This document shows, piece after piece, positions 51,335 to 64,000 of a stretch of 64,000 nucleotides of DNA. A program made the position numbers and the translations under genes. Position 1 is the stretch's first letter; the number at the start of each line of letters is the position of its first letter. A model generated the notes under the pieces. It saw only the letters and a program-made list of their open reading frames with translations. It was not told the origin of the DNA and did no database searches. The stretch comes from Azolla caroliniana (Eukaryota; Plantae; Polypodiophyta): the NCBI GenBank assembly GCA_043228905.1, contig JBHGNT010000002.1, forward strand, positions 25,358,001 to 25,422,000, read 5' to 3'.

Positions 51335-51390
<56 letters not shown>
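51335..51390. repeat. (AG)n microsatellite
   Basis: Direct reading. Confidence 0.95.
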
Positions 51391-51392
<2 letters not shown>

Positions 51393-52721
51393 GCTTAAAC
51401 TTATGTTTTCAAGCTATCCCAACCAAGACGCTTAAGTTTATTATACATATGTTGGTTTAAGGAAAATCAATCAATATCAAAGTTAGATATTTTGTTTCGT
51501 ATGTACTTATAATACACATTCCTTAACAAATATTTGCATGAATAAAAATACAATATGGGTTGTATTAAAAAGGCATAACATCATCATACCCTCTCTCTTG
51601 CGTGTGAGGGTAATATATGAGAAAATTATGAATAAACACGTATGCAAATGCAAATTTAATTTGATTTAGACTTAAATGTCCACAAATCAAGCCATATATC
51701 ACACATTCTTCATGTGCTACTATGGTTTTTGGGGATATGTTAGCTTTTGAACTCAATGTTTTGATTGAATTAGCTACATTTATTGGGTTTAACCAAACCC
51801 AATTTGAATATGAATGATGGAGAGATGAGATTGTTGTGCTCCAAAAAACTAAATGACCTAGTTGAAATGATGAGAAGCCATGCAATTGTATTGTTGTTGG
51901 GGACATGCACTCAATCTCTCCAAATTCCCAACCTAAGCAACGAGGAGGGAGGGTGAGCATGCATTGGTGGAATGAGCCACATACTAGGATAAATAAGTTA
52001 ATTATGGCTTTGTGAGGGACATGCTGGAACTTGGTGCTATAGTAACCAAGAATGCCAAAACCATGTGGTTGGATAGGGTCTTCAAAACACGAGCGTGGTA
52101 GGTAGACCATTTTGCCATGCCTCGAATGCAAGCTCAAAGTTATGCCTAGGTAGGCCATCCTCATCATACGTATGATTGTAGCCAACATACTCCCATTAGA
52201 AAGGTATGCCTACATAAATGTCCCTTATTGGTTAGCTACACCTACAAAAATGACCCTTGATGTTAAGGTACACCTGTAGAAAATATCCTTTATTGGGCAA
52301 TGTATACCAACATAAATGTCCAAGTGAGAGGATATTATATAAGTTAGTCAATGGAAAATAATAATAAGAGGAATATAGGAAATGTGGCATTTGTCACCAT
52401 TGTAAACCCTAATAAAACAAATTGTAGGAGTAATAGTATTATGCCACTTCTACATGTTGAAAGGATCCCATAACAAGTTGAGAAAACCTTCACAAGGAAG
52501 TTGACATGGGGTAGAATCTCAGTATTACTAGTGATGTGTGTAAGTGATTAGAGGCACCAACCACTGAAAAAGTGTGTAATAAAGAATAAGGGGAAGGAAA
52601 GAGGTAATTTACATATTTAATAAATATTTCAATATGTACCTCCAAAGTGTTAAATTGTAGTTTGAAGTTGGATAACAACAAACTATCATACAAAGGCTCT
52701 GAATTGACCATCGAACCCGCT

Positions 52722-52768
52722 AACCTTTTTTTTCCCAAAACGAAATATCCTTCCATTAGTTTTAAAAA
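52722..52768 (-). repeat. Inverted copy of 47904-47948
   Basis: ttttttttcccaaaacgaaatatccttccattagttttaaaaa. Confidence 0.75.
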
Positions 52769-55719
52769 ACCTATCAAAGTACAAACTACAAAAGAGATGA
52801 AAAAGAAGAGGAAAAAGGACTATCCCAATGACTAGCCATGGATCCTGCCGCCTACTTTCATCGAACCCGCTAACCATTTACAAATTTCTGAAGCTTACTT
52901 GAACCTAACCAAGCCAATTAAGGCATTAATCGGTTAAGTTGCGGTTTCATGTTTCCCATTGTGTACTTGACTAAAAGGCCAACAAAAAAATGGAATGTCA
53001 AGAAATATAAATGAAGGTAGAAGCTTCAACCCCATTAAAAAGAACATACAACTCTCCCATAGTGAGCAACAAATGAGCAAAAATAGCTACATGAACAATA
53101 TGGGTTATATTCCCATATGTGAATGCTCAAAAGAAAGTAAAAATCATTAGAATGATAGAAGGAACCACATCAAGTGTTATAGGAATTGATATGATGTTGT
53201 AAGTGGTGTTGGAAAGAAGCTTGATTCGAGGGCCTCGTTTTTGTTAATGGCAAAAAGGGTGCAAACAAGGGGATAGAAGTGAATTTATATATGCATCCTG
53301 CAACTCTACAAGGTGGCATCCTAATTGATAATCAAGAGCCACCAAGGTCCAAGAGGATAACAAAATAGAGAATATGAAACATAACCCAACTTAATCAAGC
53401 TTCCAAAAAACCATGCCATATCTCAAGCAACGAGGATGTGATAAGACAAGGTTTACTAAGGACATGAATTTCTAGAGCAAATATATGCATAATGGAGAAT
53501 GTGCATTCGTATGGAGACACCTTTCCATAGGTGAAATGAATCTTCAAGCTATACCATAAGTAAAAACACATACCTTTCAAGGCCTCTAACAAACCCATGA
53601 GCTTTTCTCTTGTTCATAAGGGTTTTGGTAAATTCGTGCTCCCAAAGGTAGAGTGGAGTGGGAAACAATAATACTTTTCAGCAAGGAGAGGTTACCAAAA
53701 TAAGTTTATGTGTTAGAGATTGTGTCGTAAACATTTTTATCTCAAAGGGCCAAAATATAACGATTGCACCAATTTGCTTTGGAAACATAGCTATATTGTG
53801 TAGTATGATTACCTAGAAATAACAATGAACTAAAAGCACTTTCGTGCTAATCAATGATCAAGGGAAGTAGAGATTGAGAATCGCTTAGGTGTGTCAAGTG
53901 GTGTTAAGAACACAAGGTTTAGAGTAATAAATTTGAGCAATTATAGAGAAATGTGTTTTTTGTTGTAAAAAGGAAAAGCTGAAAAGTATGATTGCAAGAT
54001 AAACAAAAGGATAAAGATAAATGAGAATAAACAAATGCAATCATAAAGTGAGACAACAAAGGTGGATCAATGGCTGACACTCCTTAGTTATAATAAATTT
54101 TAATAAATACTTCATGTTGTGGTCCTTGATGTTGAACTTGGACATTATGTTTAAATCACTTCGTGCGCATGGGAAAAAATTTGTGGGATATATTGTTTGT
54201 TTGTGTAGTTTTTTACCATTTTGCTTCTAAAGCAACATGTTTCATATGGGGATTATGTAGAGAATTCGCTTTTTCTGCCATAAAATGAATAACTTCCACA
54301 AATCATCAAGCTTTTTACTCATCATGACACTTGCATTCCTCGATGAAGGAACGAGCATCCATTTTTTTACTACGTGTCAATGGGCACACGTTATTTTGTA
54401 GAATAAATGCATCATGTTTACAATATTTCAAACTGCAATCTTAGCGAGTAAGAATTATTAACTTTTGGTGGAGAGTGGCATGACACTCCTCTAGAGAGCC
54501 ATGATGGCATTAAACTTTTACACTCTTTAAGGATACAATATGTCAACCTATGGAGTTGCAAGGCATGGTGAGAATAGGAGACTCATATAATTCAAACAAT
54601 ATTGTAAGAGAGAAACATTCATTTATAACAAGGAATACCCGTATAAATCCGTGAGGTCTTGAGATACCGAGTAGGGATAAGTTATTGTTGTGACTAATAA
54701 GACATTGATGTTGTAGTTATCATGTAAGCCATATACTATGACATAAACATTCCAAGTGACTGAGATCCTAGATAGATCTTTGCAAGGAACCCATTAATTT
54801 GTGAGGAATATCAAAGCAAGATAGTAGAAATCTATCCAATATATCTCCTTATTTAATCTCTTGATAATTAATGCATTAGAGAAGGGAAAGTTATAAATAA
54901 GTTTTTGTTCAAACGTCATTACTAAAGTTATTTGGAAATTCGATACCCATAAACTACTAGTTCATCTTCATAGTATCGTGTTTTCTAAATTTTATTGAAG
55001 AAAAATTAAAGGATCTACCTTGACATGGCTCAAAGGTTCTTGACAAAAAATTGATGCGAATAAAGACTTAGGAAAAAAGAAGAAGCAAAACATGTGTGTT
55101 ATTCTGTCAATCAATCTAGATTCTAGAAATCGTGACTCAATCCATTCATAGGGGTCTCTTAACATTTGTGCAAAACCATGTTTTTTTCAAGAAATGCTTT
55201 GATTCCCAAAAAAGAATAAACAATGTATTATACCGGGTATTCATTCATTTTCAAGTGTTTGAATACCTAGTTATTCCAATAATTACTCAATGTTGCTTCA
55301 ACATTGCTACCTTGCTTTGAGACTATTAAGAGAGTTGTGATAATTTATAATACACGTCAAGGACACCTAACAATATCAATTTTATTCTACATTCCTAATT
55401 GAATTATCGCCCTAATAATATTTTATCATGGTTGTTTGTGTAAGTGGTCAACAAGAAATATTGATAAGTACTTTTTTCTATTTATTGTAACACTACTTAT
55501 GTCAATATCATTTGTCAGGCATTCAACTACTTATGTCAATATCATTTGTGACTATGTAAGAGAATGTATAAGTCTACATATACTGTAAGAAGTAGGTGGA
55601 TTCATCAAGTGAGCAGAACACTGTATAATTGGTATGGACATCAAGCGAGCAGAACATTGCAATCTACTAGTGGACAAAATAAAAGCGAAGCTAATATGGT
55701 GGAATACAAGAAAACTAGG

Positions 55720-57678
55720 CAAAATGGTGATCAGGAGCTTATAACCACTTGAGGCACCTTGGAAAATTCTATTGAGACACAAATGGAAGATGTGGTTGCC
55801 GAGACAAGGTGGAAGCTCGCCAAGCATCCCCTTTTGGGGTTTTGTGCCAGAAGTGCGACCCAAATATTGGGGAAGTATGTAGCGTCTATGTGTTGTTGGG
55901 ATTATGAAAACATGGCAAGGAATCAGAAAGGGGATCACATGTAGGTGGAGAAATTATGCATATGCTCGGATGTACATGCCAATTGTGTGGAACCCACTGA
56001 TTAGAGATGTGGATGGGTTGATGATAGGACAAAAAATAGGCTTCAAATGGGCCGGCTTAATCAATGCCCAAGGGAATGCATTAGTGGATTGGAAGATATT
56101 TCTGACTAATGATATGGGAACTCAAAAGGCTAGACTATGGAGAATAAGTAGGGGTAAAGGCATGCTCGAGAGAATTAAAGATGTCATTGCATGCAACATG
56201 CATACTTTGAAAGAGGAAGATATAATTACCTCTGAAATTGCATGGACAAGACTTATAGATGTTGAGAATTGTCTATTAGAACTAAGGGAGTGAAAGCAGA
56301 ATCGAATGCGACATGCTACTACAAAATAGAGCATGGAATGGCAAGATGTGAACAACTCGCCTATCAAAGCGAAAGGCCGATTAGGCCGATTGCAAAAAAT
56401 GGAAAGGATATGGTTATTGACCCTAAGCCAAGGGAGATCACACTGATGATTGTGTTGGCCAATAGAAGGGCATTCGGATCAACTATCATGGGACCCAACA
56501 ATGTATTTCTAGAGAACTCAAGGACGAATTGAGGGGCCAAAGCTAGTTCAAATTTTCAGGTATAACACGAAAATTGGGAGGCAAATTATTCTAGAACAAG
56601 AACATGACAAGATTGCAGCACATAAATTTTAGATACAGGAAGGCATTAATGAAAGGAGACTAGATAAATCCGGAAAATGATATGGCATGACAATGATGAT
56701 TGCAAGTTAATGATGTGTTTATGGCTTATTGCGCATAGAGCCTTGCCGGTAGGGACGTGGGGTAAAGGACCCAATGTAGACATGTGGACAGTTAGAAAGC
56801 ATTTCCCATTGTCAATGGGAATGTTGCGAGGTAGCGGTTGTATGGAGAAGGGCATTACGTTTGCTTTGCCATGCCTCTAGTTTGTTCATCCTCAACTAGG
56901 GACATGCTTGTTGAAATTGTCTTGAGGATGATGTGGCGAAATACAATAACACATGCAAAACTATGTATAGAGGGGAGAATGGAATTGTTTGGTTGATCAC
57001 TGACAACAAGTACTTGCAAAGATCTATGGACGCAACTTGCACCCATTACCATATGGTGCATATGGACGACAAGGTGTACCAGGGTGTTTTCAACAAACAA
57101 ACGCCCTCCAACTGAATCGATTAAGCTAATAACTACACTGAGAGCTCAATATGAGTGGATTGATGGTACAGATGATGCCTTATAATTAATGAGGCTGAAT
57201 TTCAAACATTAGTGTACTACACCGATGGCCACAACAAATGGAATGGATATACGATGGCAATATGTATATATGGCACGCACTAATAACTACACTGAGAGCT
57301 CAATATGCGTGGATTGATGGTACAGATGATGCCTCTGAATTAATGAGGCTGAATTTCAAAAAACATTGGTGTACTACTATGATGGCTACAACAAATGGAA
57401 TGGATATACGATGGCAGTATGTAGTACCCAAATGGTTGTTCCCCCCTCCCATTAGTTGAAAGAGGGGCGTGAATGAGATGTCATGGGGGATATTGAATGA
57501 AGGTGATGTGTATGAAAGTTTGGCTAGAGACCCATGCGGAAGTGTAAGATAAATAAGTGAGATCACTCATGAATGATAGGATAGTTTAGGCAAGGCCTAC
57601 CCGATAAAGGGATCTAAGTTGTGTATATTTTAACTAATGGAGTATAATATTCCATTTTGGTAAAAAAGAAAGAAAGAA
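55720..57678 (+). mobile_element. Degenerate L1-type LINE 3' half with an internal ~150-bp tandem duplication and A/GAAA tail
   Basis: EAPWKILL, MPIVWNPLIRDVDG, RPIRPIAKNGKDMVIDPKP, LWLIAHRALPVG, IWHALITTLRAQ...WQYVVPKWLFPPP; tail aaaaaagaaagaaag. Confidence 0.8.
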
Positions 57679-58018
57679 GTAGATGGATTCACCATTGTGT
57701 GCTTGTAAGAGGCTATTTAAAGCCCATCTTGTCTTATGTAAAATTATTGGACATAACGGAATAACGTTATTACTATACATATTTACAATTATGCTCTTTA
57801 ATTATATGCCTTAAGGTCGTGTTAAACTTAATTCAACCAGATCTTATCACTCTTATGTTAAGCCTCTTCTCTTACTCTCTCACATGTTTATTATATTTAT
57901 TTAGTCACCCCCTTCTCTCAACTATCTCATATATACCCTCACACGTTTTATTGCTTCAATTGCTTAATTACAACATTACTACTAATTACTTATATACTCA
58001 GTCATCTAATTAGTTACA

Positions 58019-58340
58019 ATGATGCAACAATAGATTCCTTTGTCAGCAAGGCCTTTTTGCAATGCCAATACATCATGACATAGGAAAAATGTGGAGGCTC
58101 ATGCTTGACATTTCAAGTGCATATATTGTACCTTATTACTATACCATATTCTTCCATTTACACGAACATCACACTATGATACATGTCCATCCCATTGTTT
58201 GCCATCTGAATCATTGGTTCCATAAAGCTTAGATTGCACCCAGTTCAACCTAAGTATCCCACTGAGATACAATGATTTGCCTTTGGTTACATTCGACTAT
58301 GCTTTCCACACATATTTAACTTGACCCAATCCTTGCACAA
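58019..58340 (+). repeat. Dispersed repeat, copy 2 (homologous to 7166-7575)
   Basis: Same colinear blocks as copy 1. Confidence 0.7.
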
Positions 58341-58970
58341 TTGTGACATTCTTAAAAAAGAATGGCTTAAATGGATCCATGAAAAGAAGCAAAGAGATAC
58401 GGAGAATGCTAGAGAGATATTTTTCAGTCACTTATGCATTTGGCAAAACTTAATTTATTGTCCATGCTCATTGATGATGAATATTGCAGTATCGATGATA
58501 ACAAGTTGTGATCATATTGAAAATGTATCAAAGTTGACAAGATTGAATCTCTCTTGAATTTGACATGAGCTATTATAAGAGACATATTAAATGGTGGGAA
58601 ATATATCATCAATCCAGATTCATGATCAAACATGTGCAATAGTTTACTATATCTGTCCGAAATTGAAACGAGGAGAGAAATATTATATGAGTGAAATGAA
58701 TGATGATACAACAATTTGTTTTTTTATGATAAACTAGTTACTACTCCGATATGATGATTTAAGGATGCTTTCACATCTGTGATGTAGTGCATAATGTAGT
58801 GCATGTCATATAGTTTGTTTTAAAACAAATTACAATGATATTTTGGATCTATGTTTTTCGAACAATTGATTGATAAATTTTCAGGTATGCGAATGGACAA
58901 GCATCAAACCCTATTATACCAATTGGATCAACAAACTTAAAAGCTATGTTTCTCATTAATAGAACTTAGC

Positions 58971-59067
58971 ACGAGGGTTATTAACTATATGTACATATTT
59001 TGTGCACAACCTTAGGGCGTTTATTAATTTTAATGTAGTAACTTTCTTGGAAAAAAAAAACTTAAGT
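58971..59067 (+). repeat. ~95-bp dispersed repeat, copy 2 (of 48078-48172)
   Basis: acgagggttattaactatatgtacat...tttcttggaaaaaaaaaa. Confidence 0.75.
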
Positions 59068-60643
59068 TATGTCAAGTAAGGATCCTTCTGTAAGTGTTGA
59101 ATCTATTAGATTGCTAGAGTGTTGTGATTTGCCTTGTGACTTAGTATTATATATGTTCATCTTCGTTTGTGTTATTAGAAGAAGGTTAGAACTTAGAAGA
59201 GAGTGAACTTGGACCTTAGTTTGTTTATTTCCATAACCACAAAGCACTAACATGAAGCATTATTATGAAAGACACGAACATTAAATGTTATTGTTCCCAT
59301 ACAATAGAATCACGATATAGAATGAAAAAACAACGAAGAGATTAAAACGGAAATACAAAAAAATGATTTATTTTATGTTGTTTAATTGTTTTGTTTCGCC
59401 AAGTTGAGTGAAACATATCAAAGTATGTGAGACAACAATGACATATGATATTTAAAAGTTGTTTTATGTGTATCTCTATAAATGTAGCGGGACATGGGCC
59501 TAAGTTATATCAGTCAAAGGCATGAATAGATACGCATCAATGTATTATTCATTGAATATGGACATGGGGGAGATCGGAAAGTAGTGTGTGTCTTTCTAGT
59601 TTGGAGTAAATGTAGGTTATATTGCTTTTAAGACTAGTGGTATACTCCTAAAGTTATATCCAAAATAGTGTCTTATATTTACTTTTTGACTATTGTATTG
59701 CATTGTTCAATGTTGTTGACTTGATCTATGAACGCTTTTCGTTGCCACTATTTGCACGTCATTACGATTTTCAATAGTTTGAAAATGATGCGTTTCATTA
59801 GTCACTTGAATATTGATCTCATGGATGGGTCTAAATGACAATATTTTAACAAATGAACAATTCAATAAAGAGGATATTCACACGTTGTTTATTGGCATTT
59901 TAATATGTTGACCTGAACACAATCACAATTTTAATCATAAAACCTTTTTACTTGTGACATACTATTGGGACGCCACCACGTAGGCCTTCAATGTATTTGA
60001 TTGCACAATAACACATTACTTTATGAGAATTTAACAATTCGTTCACACGACAAATACATTGTCAATTGGAAAATTCAACAACACCACCACATATTGATAG
60101 TAATCCACTCCACACTAGTCAATACTATTTGTCTTAAACTATAAAAGATTCTCGACGAGCTTGTCAAAGGTAAATGTGATCATAATGCACCTTTCATAAA
60201 CGGTGAACCGAATTTCCTTATCTAACCATGGACACAACTCTAGCAAGTCACCTAAGAGGACGACTATCTAACATTTGACCAAATATCATGCGTATATGAT
60301 ATCTCCCCTCAAACCATCAAATTTATAGCCATACTCCTCCCATACCCTAGATTTACTCTAAAGTTTCATTGATGGGGGGAGCTTTGTGACCGACTCTAAT
60401 TCTTGTACCACATGGTGTCATTGTTATGTCGAGACTATCGTGGTGCTCCCCCTTCCTACCTTTTCGTGCCTGATCATGTGGACCTGGTGTGAGGACCTCA
60501 CAAGCTGCTGACATGGGTTGCCTTAATCGTGTTAATATGTCATGACTCATCACATCATCGAAAATCGATTGACCAAAGTGGGCCGTCACTGCACTGATCC
60601 ATCCATTCAAATATGAGCACAATGAAGGGGGCATTGGGCGAAG

Positions 60644-60675
<32 letters not shown>

Positions 60676-60836
60676 CCTTATTTGTTGCACAAATGTATTG
60701 GTTCATAAGAACAAGAAGCTTGAGATATAGAAGACAAAGAACTTACATGATACTATGAAATACAAAGGGTTTAGGTTTAATATTTGATCATACCCTCCTC
60801 CATATTTGAATTCTAAGTCAAATTACATACATACAT

Positions 60837-63526
60837 ATGTATATGGATTCTAGAACAAGCAAGAACAGGGGAAGGGGCAGGGGCAGGGGAAAGACCAAAA
60901 CAGAGGAATTGGGGCTGATTGCCTCCCCCGATCCATCGCCCCTCCGCCATAGCTGCCACGACGAAGAAGCAGATTCTGACCTCCTCCTTTTGCAGAGAAA
61001 TAGCTCAGAGGATAGAGACAGACCAGACGGATCAGGGCCGTCGATTGAACACTATCGCCTCCCTCCTAAGCGAGCCTTCCAAGCCCCTAGAGAAGACGGA
61101 ATTCGTCTGACATCTATGAAAGGCGAGTATAGTGAGAGCATTTTTGTGTGTTGCATGTTGAAAAAAAAATGAAGAAATGCCTTGTAAATTCCTATGTGAT
61201 AATTGTGCAGGTCTACTGCAGGAGGCAGGAGAAAAGAAAGAGAAGAGAGAAACAATAGAAGTGGATGATGTAAAGAAAGGGATGAATGAAAAGAAAGGGA
61301 TGAATGAAAAGAAAGGGATGAATGAAAAGAAAGAGAAAAGCTTATCATTTGAAGGCTATCATTCTGACAATGATGATCATCAGATCAATGAATTTCCAAT
61401 TAAATCCTGGGGTCTCGTTACGAAGCCTCGATCAATCAGAAGGCCGAGAAAAGATGTAAAAGATCAAACATTATCAGATGAGATGAACCAATCAGATGAT
61501 CACCATTCGAAGGAAAGCTGTGATGAAGTAGATCTTCAATGTATAGGAATAGATATGCATGTGTCCTTATCATCGAGCATTCCTAACACTCTCGAGAAGA
61601 AGAAGAAAAAAAATAAGAAGAATGTTGAAGATTTGGAAGAAGAAGTAAGGTTCTTAAGCTTTTCAAGATCACTCAAGAAGATGAATCACGATGTTTCAAA
61701 AGAAGGACATTTCTTAACTTCTTCTATAGATCCCCACAAGAAGTATGCCAAATCTTCAGAAGAAGAAAGATGGCCAGAGACTCATCTGGAGATTCAAGGT
61801 GAATCAGAGAAAGAGGAGATGAAGATGGACTTAGTTCAGCTATCGTTGGGGCTCCCAGGTTCTCTCGCTGAAGCAGATGGTGCCAGAGAAAATTTTGTCA
61901 AAGGTATTGGAGAAAATGGTATCCGAGAATATGATATGGCAGAAAATGGCATTGGAGAAAATCTTAAGGGAATCGGAGGAATGGGTATCAGAGAAAATGG
62001 AGAAAACTCCTTAAATGTTAGAAGAGAAATTGTTTCCCCAACACATTCAGCTCCTCTGCTGGCCATTTCTAGTCAAATTGAGCAAGAAAGAGGCTCCCAT
62101 TTGACAGTGGTCCCTATTGAGTTTCTTGAGATAGAATCTGAATCCCAAATTCCTGAAGATTCCAAGAATGGGTCTCGATCCCTAATGCTCACTCATTCAG
62201 ACGAGTTCACTATGTCGTCATTCTCAAACTCACATTCTTTTATGCATAATCCCAGCTGCTCCTGCAATTACACTTCAGATAACCAAGACCTCTCTTCTGC
62301 AGGGAACAAACATCTAACCGCAGGTGCCATCCGTGATGAAAAATTCTCATGGAAGAGCTATCAAACTCAGAGAGTTTCTTATGGTCTGAAAGATTCATCT
62401 CAGCATGGAACTGGGATTCTCCTCTATCAACAACAGAATGCGCACAATGGGAACGTGCAAGATCTCTCTGTAAGTAACCAAAGTAGTGGAAGCAATAAGG
62501 CTATTGTCAATTGTCATTTTGGGCAAGCATTTGGAGCTCAAGAACTCAAAGTTCGTTGGCAACAATGTGATGATATGAGTAAGAAATCGGCATTGAATAT
62601 GTTTAATCAGAAAGACCCCATGCCTTGGACGGTATCAAACCAACAAGCTCAGTTTGAGAGAGAGAGAAGGAAATCATGTCTGCCCATCATAGGAGATATA
62701 AATGTTGGGAATGAGAAGATTGGATTGTTTGAGATTGCAACTGAGCCCATTGCTATAGTGGTTCACAAAATGCAAGAGCTGCCTGAGAGTGTCCTTGTTG
62801 ACTTAAAGCGCCTGGCAAAGGAATTGCTAGGTAATTTTGAAAAACGAAAAGAGTTTTTGATGCTACAAGACATGATAAGACGAAGGGTTGACTTAACTGA
62901 ACAAACACTCTTGCATGCGAATATGACCCAGTTGGAGATTCTCGTTGCCCTAAAGACAGGTCTATGTGATTACGTGAAAGAAGATGTGGAATCTTTCTTT
63001 ACTTGTGAGGAATTGGTGGAGATACTTCTTCAGAGGCGGTGTCGAAACATTGATTGCAAGCAAGCATTGCCTGTGGGTGGATGTGATTGCTCAGTTTGCT
63101 CACAGAAGAATGGGTTTTGTAGTGAATGCATGTGTGTGGTGTGTTTCAAGTTCGATTCTGATAATGGTAGTTGCCAATGGGTGGGCTGTGATGCTTGTGA
63201 GCACTGGTGCCATGCCGACTGTGCTCTGAGGATGTTTCACATTGCTCATGCTGATGGAAATTCGTCCAGGATTATGTATAGATGTGTTTCATGTGAACGC
63301 CATTGCGACTTGTTCATGTTTGTCGCAGATGTTTTCCGGAATTGTGCTCACTCTTGGGATGCTGAAGCTCTCCAGAAAGAGTTGGATTCAGTTTGTCGGA
63401 TCTTTCATGGCAGCAAAGATATTATAGGAAAGCGATTATATCACCTAGCTGGAAAGATGTTGAGATGCCTTGAAATTGGTGTTGATCCGCTTGAGGTCTA
63501 TAAGGTCATGCTCACATTTTTCAACG
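60837..63526 (+). CDS. OBERON-family PHD-finger protein, TITANIA (OBE3/OBE4)-like, 3'-partial. Exons 60837-61122 (or -61131) and 61211-63526; the coiled-coil exon(s) are expected beyond the window
   Basis: QLSLGLP and FMHNPSCS motifs; QLEILVALKTG; RCRNIDCKQALP..CDCSVCSQKNGFCSECMCVVCFKFD...WVGCDACEHWCHADC...YRCVSC (PHD_Oberon); donor AACG|gtacgg at 63526. Confidence 0.9.
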
Positions 63527-64000
63527 GTACGGTTTTTCCCATTGATCTTGCTCATAAACTTTCCTATATATTTTTGTTTACTGTAACTATTAACTAATGT
63601 CATTTCACAATTGCTCATTTCCACTGTCTGATTAGATTCTAACTAAAATTCGAAATTTTTGACTCTCATATCTCATTTAGTTGTATGGAAATACATTCGT
63701 CCATGCAACAACATGTGCTTTAGCTACCTTCTAGCGTTTAGATTGATGTGCTTCTAAAAGAAGGTAGCTAAATCACATGTTGTCCACTCATAACCTGATT
63801 CTGGAAAATTCCATACTTTCAAACCAAAATGGTTTAATTTTCTTTTTATTTGGGTAGAAATAATAAATAAACCATTCATCAAGTCTAAAAGATGACCAAA
63901 TGGTTCATTTGAATTAAAAGCACACAAACCCTCTGACAAAGCAAATAGCTAATGATACTAGTTCGATTGAGCAAGAAGAAATACAAGAATCAGAAAAAGA

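Noticed and set aside
51565-52188. 207-aa minus-strand ORF
   Set aside because: No recognisable motif or splice context; lies in repeat-rich DNA, probably chance or decayed TE
57704-58018. TGTAA...TTACA bounded segment, possible old solo LTR
   Set aside because: Flanking 5-mers match only 3/5 (gtgct vs atgat); not enough to call
61273-61330. 18-bp x3 coding repeat (KKGMNE) in the OBERON gene
   Set aside because: Ordinary in-frame slippage in a disordered region

Overview
Eukaryotic land-plant genomic DNA: AT-rich, intron-containing and rich in microsatellites. A fern or other seed-free vascular plant is plausible from the style of the PLS-PPR gene and the repeats, but this cannot be verified here. 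Six protein-coding genes could be spliced by hand: (1) a BRD9/BRD7-type bromodomain protein (+, 9 exons, long low-complexity N-terminus); (2) a DRT111/SPF45 splicing factor (-, 2 coding exons); (3) a heptahelical HHP/PAQR membrane protein (+, 4 exons); (4) an intronless PLS-E PPR protein without DYW (+); (5) a CTR1-like Raf MAPKKK (-, 16 exons, about 949 aa); (6) an OBERON/TITANIA PHD protein (+, runs off the right end). Intergenic DNA holds decayed L1-type LINEs (four remnants share a C-terminal W-x-Y-x-x-P-x-W-L-F motif), a Gypsy integrase relic, a 327-bp solo LTR with a perfect 5-bp TSD nested in a LINE RT, and several mini/microsatellites. The most notable non-routine signals are: two ERSE-type elements in the HHP promoter; a 39/40-identical element in inverted orientation upstream of the divergent DRT111 and HHP genes; out-of-frame uORFs overlapping the CTR1-like and PPR start codons; and a candidate GC-AG intron in the OBERON gene. 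I found no convincing evidence of a wholly new multi-gene system.
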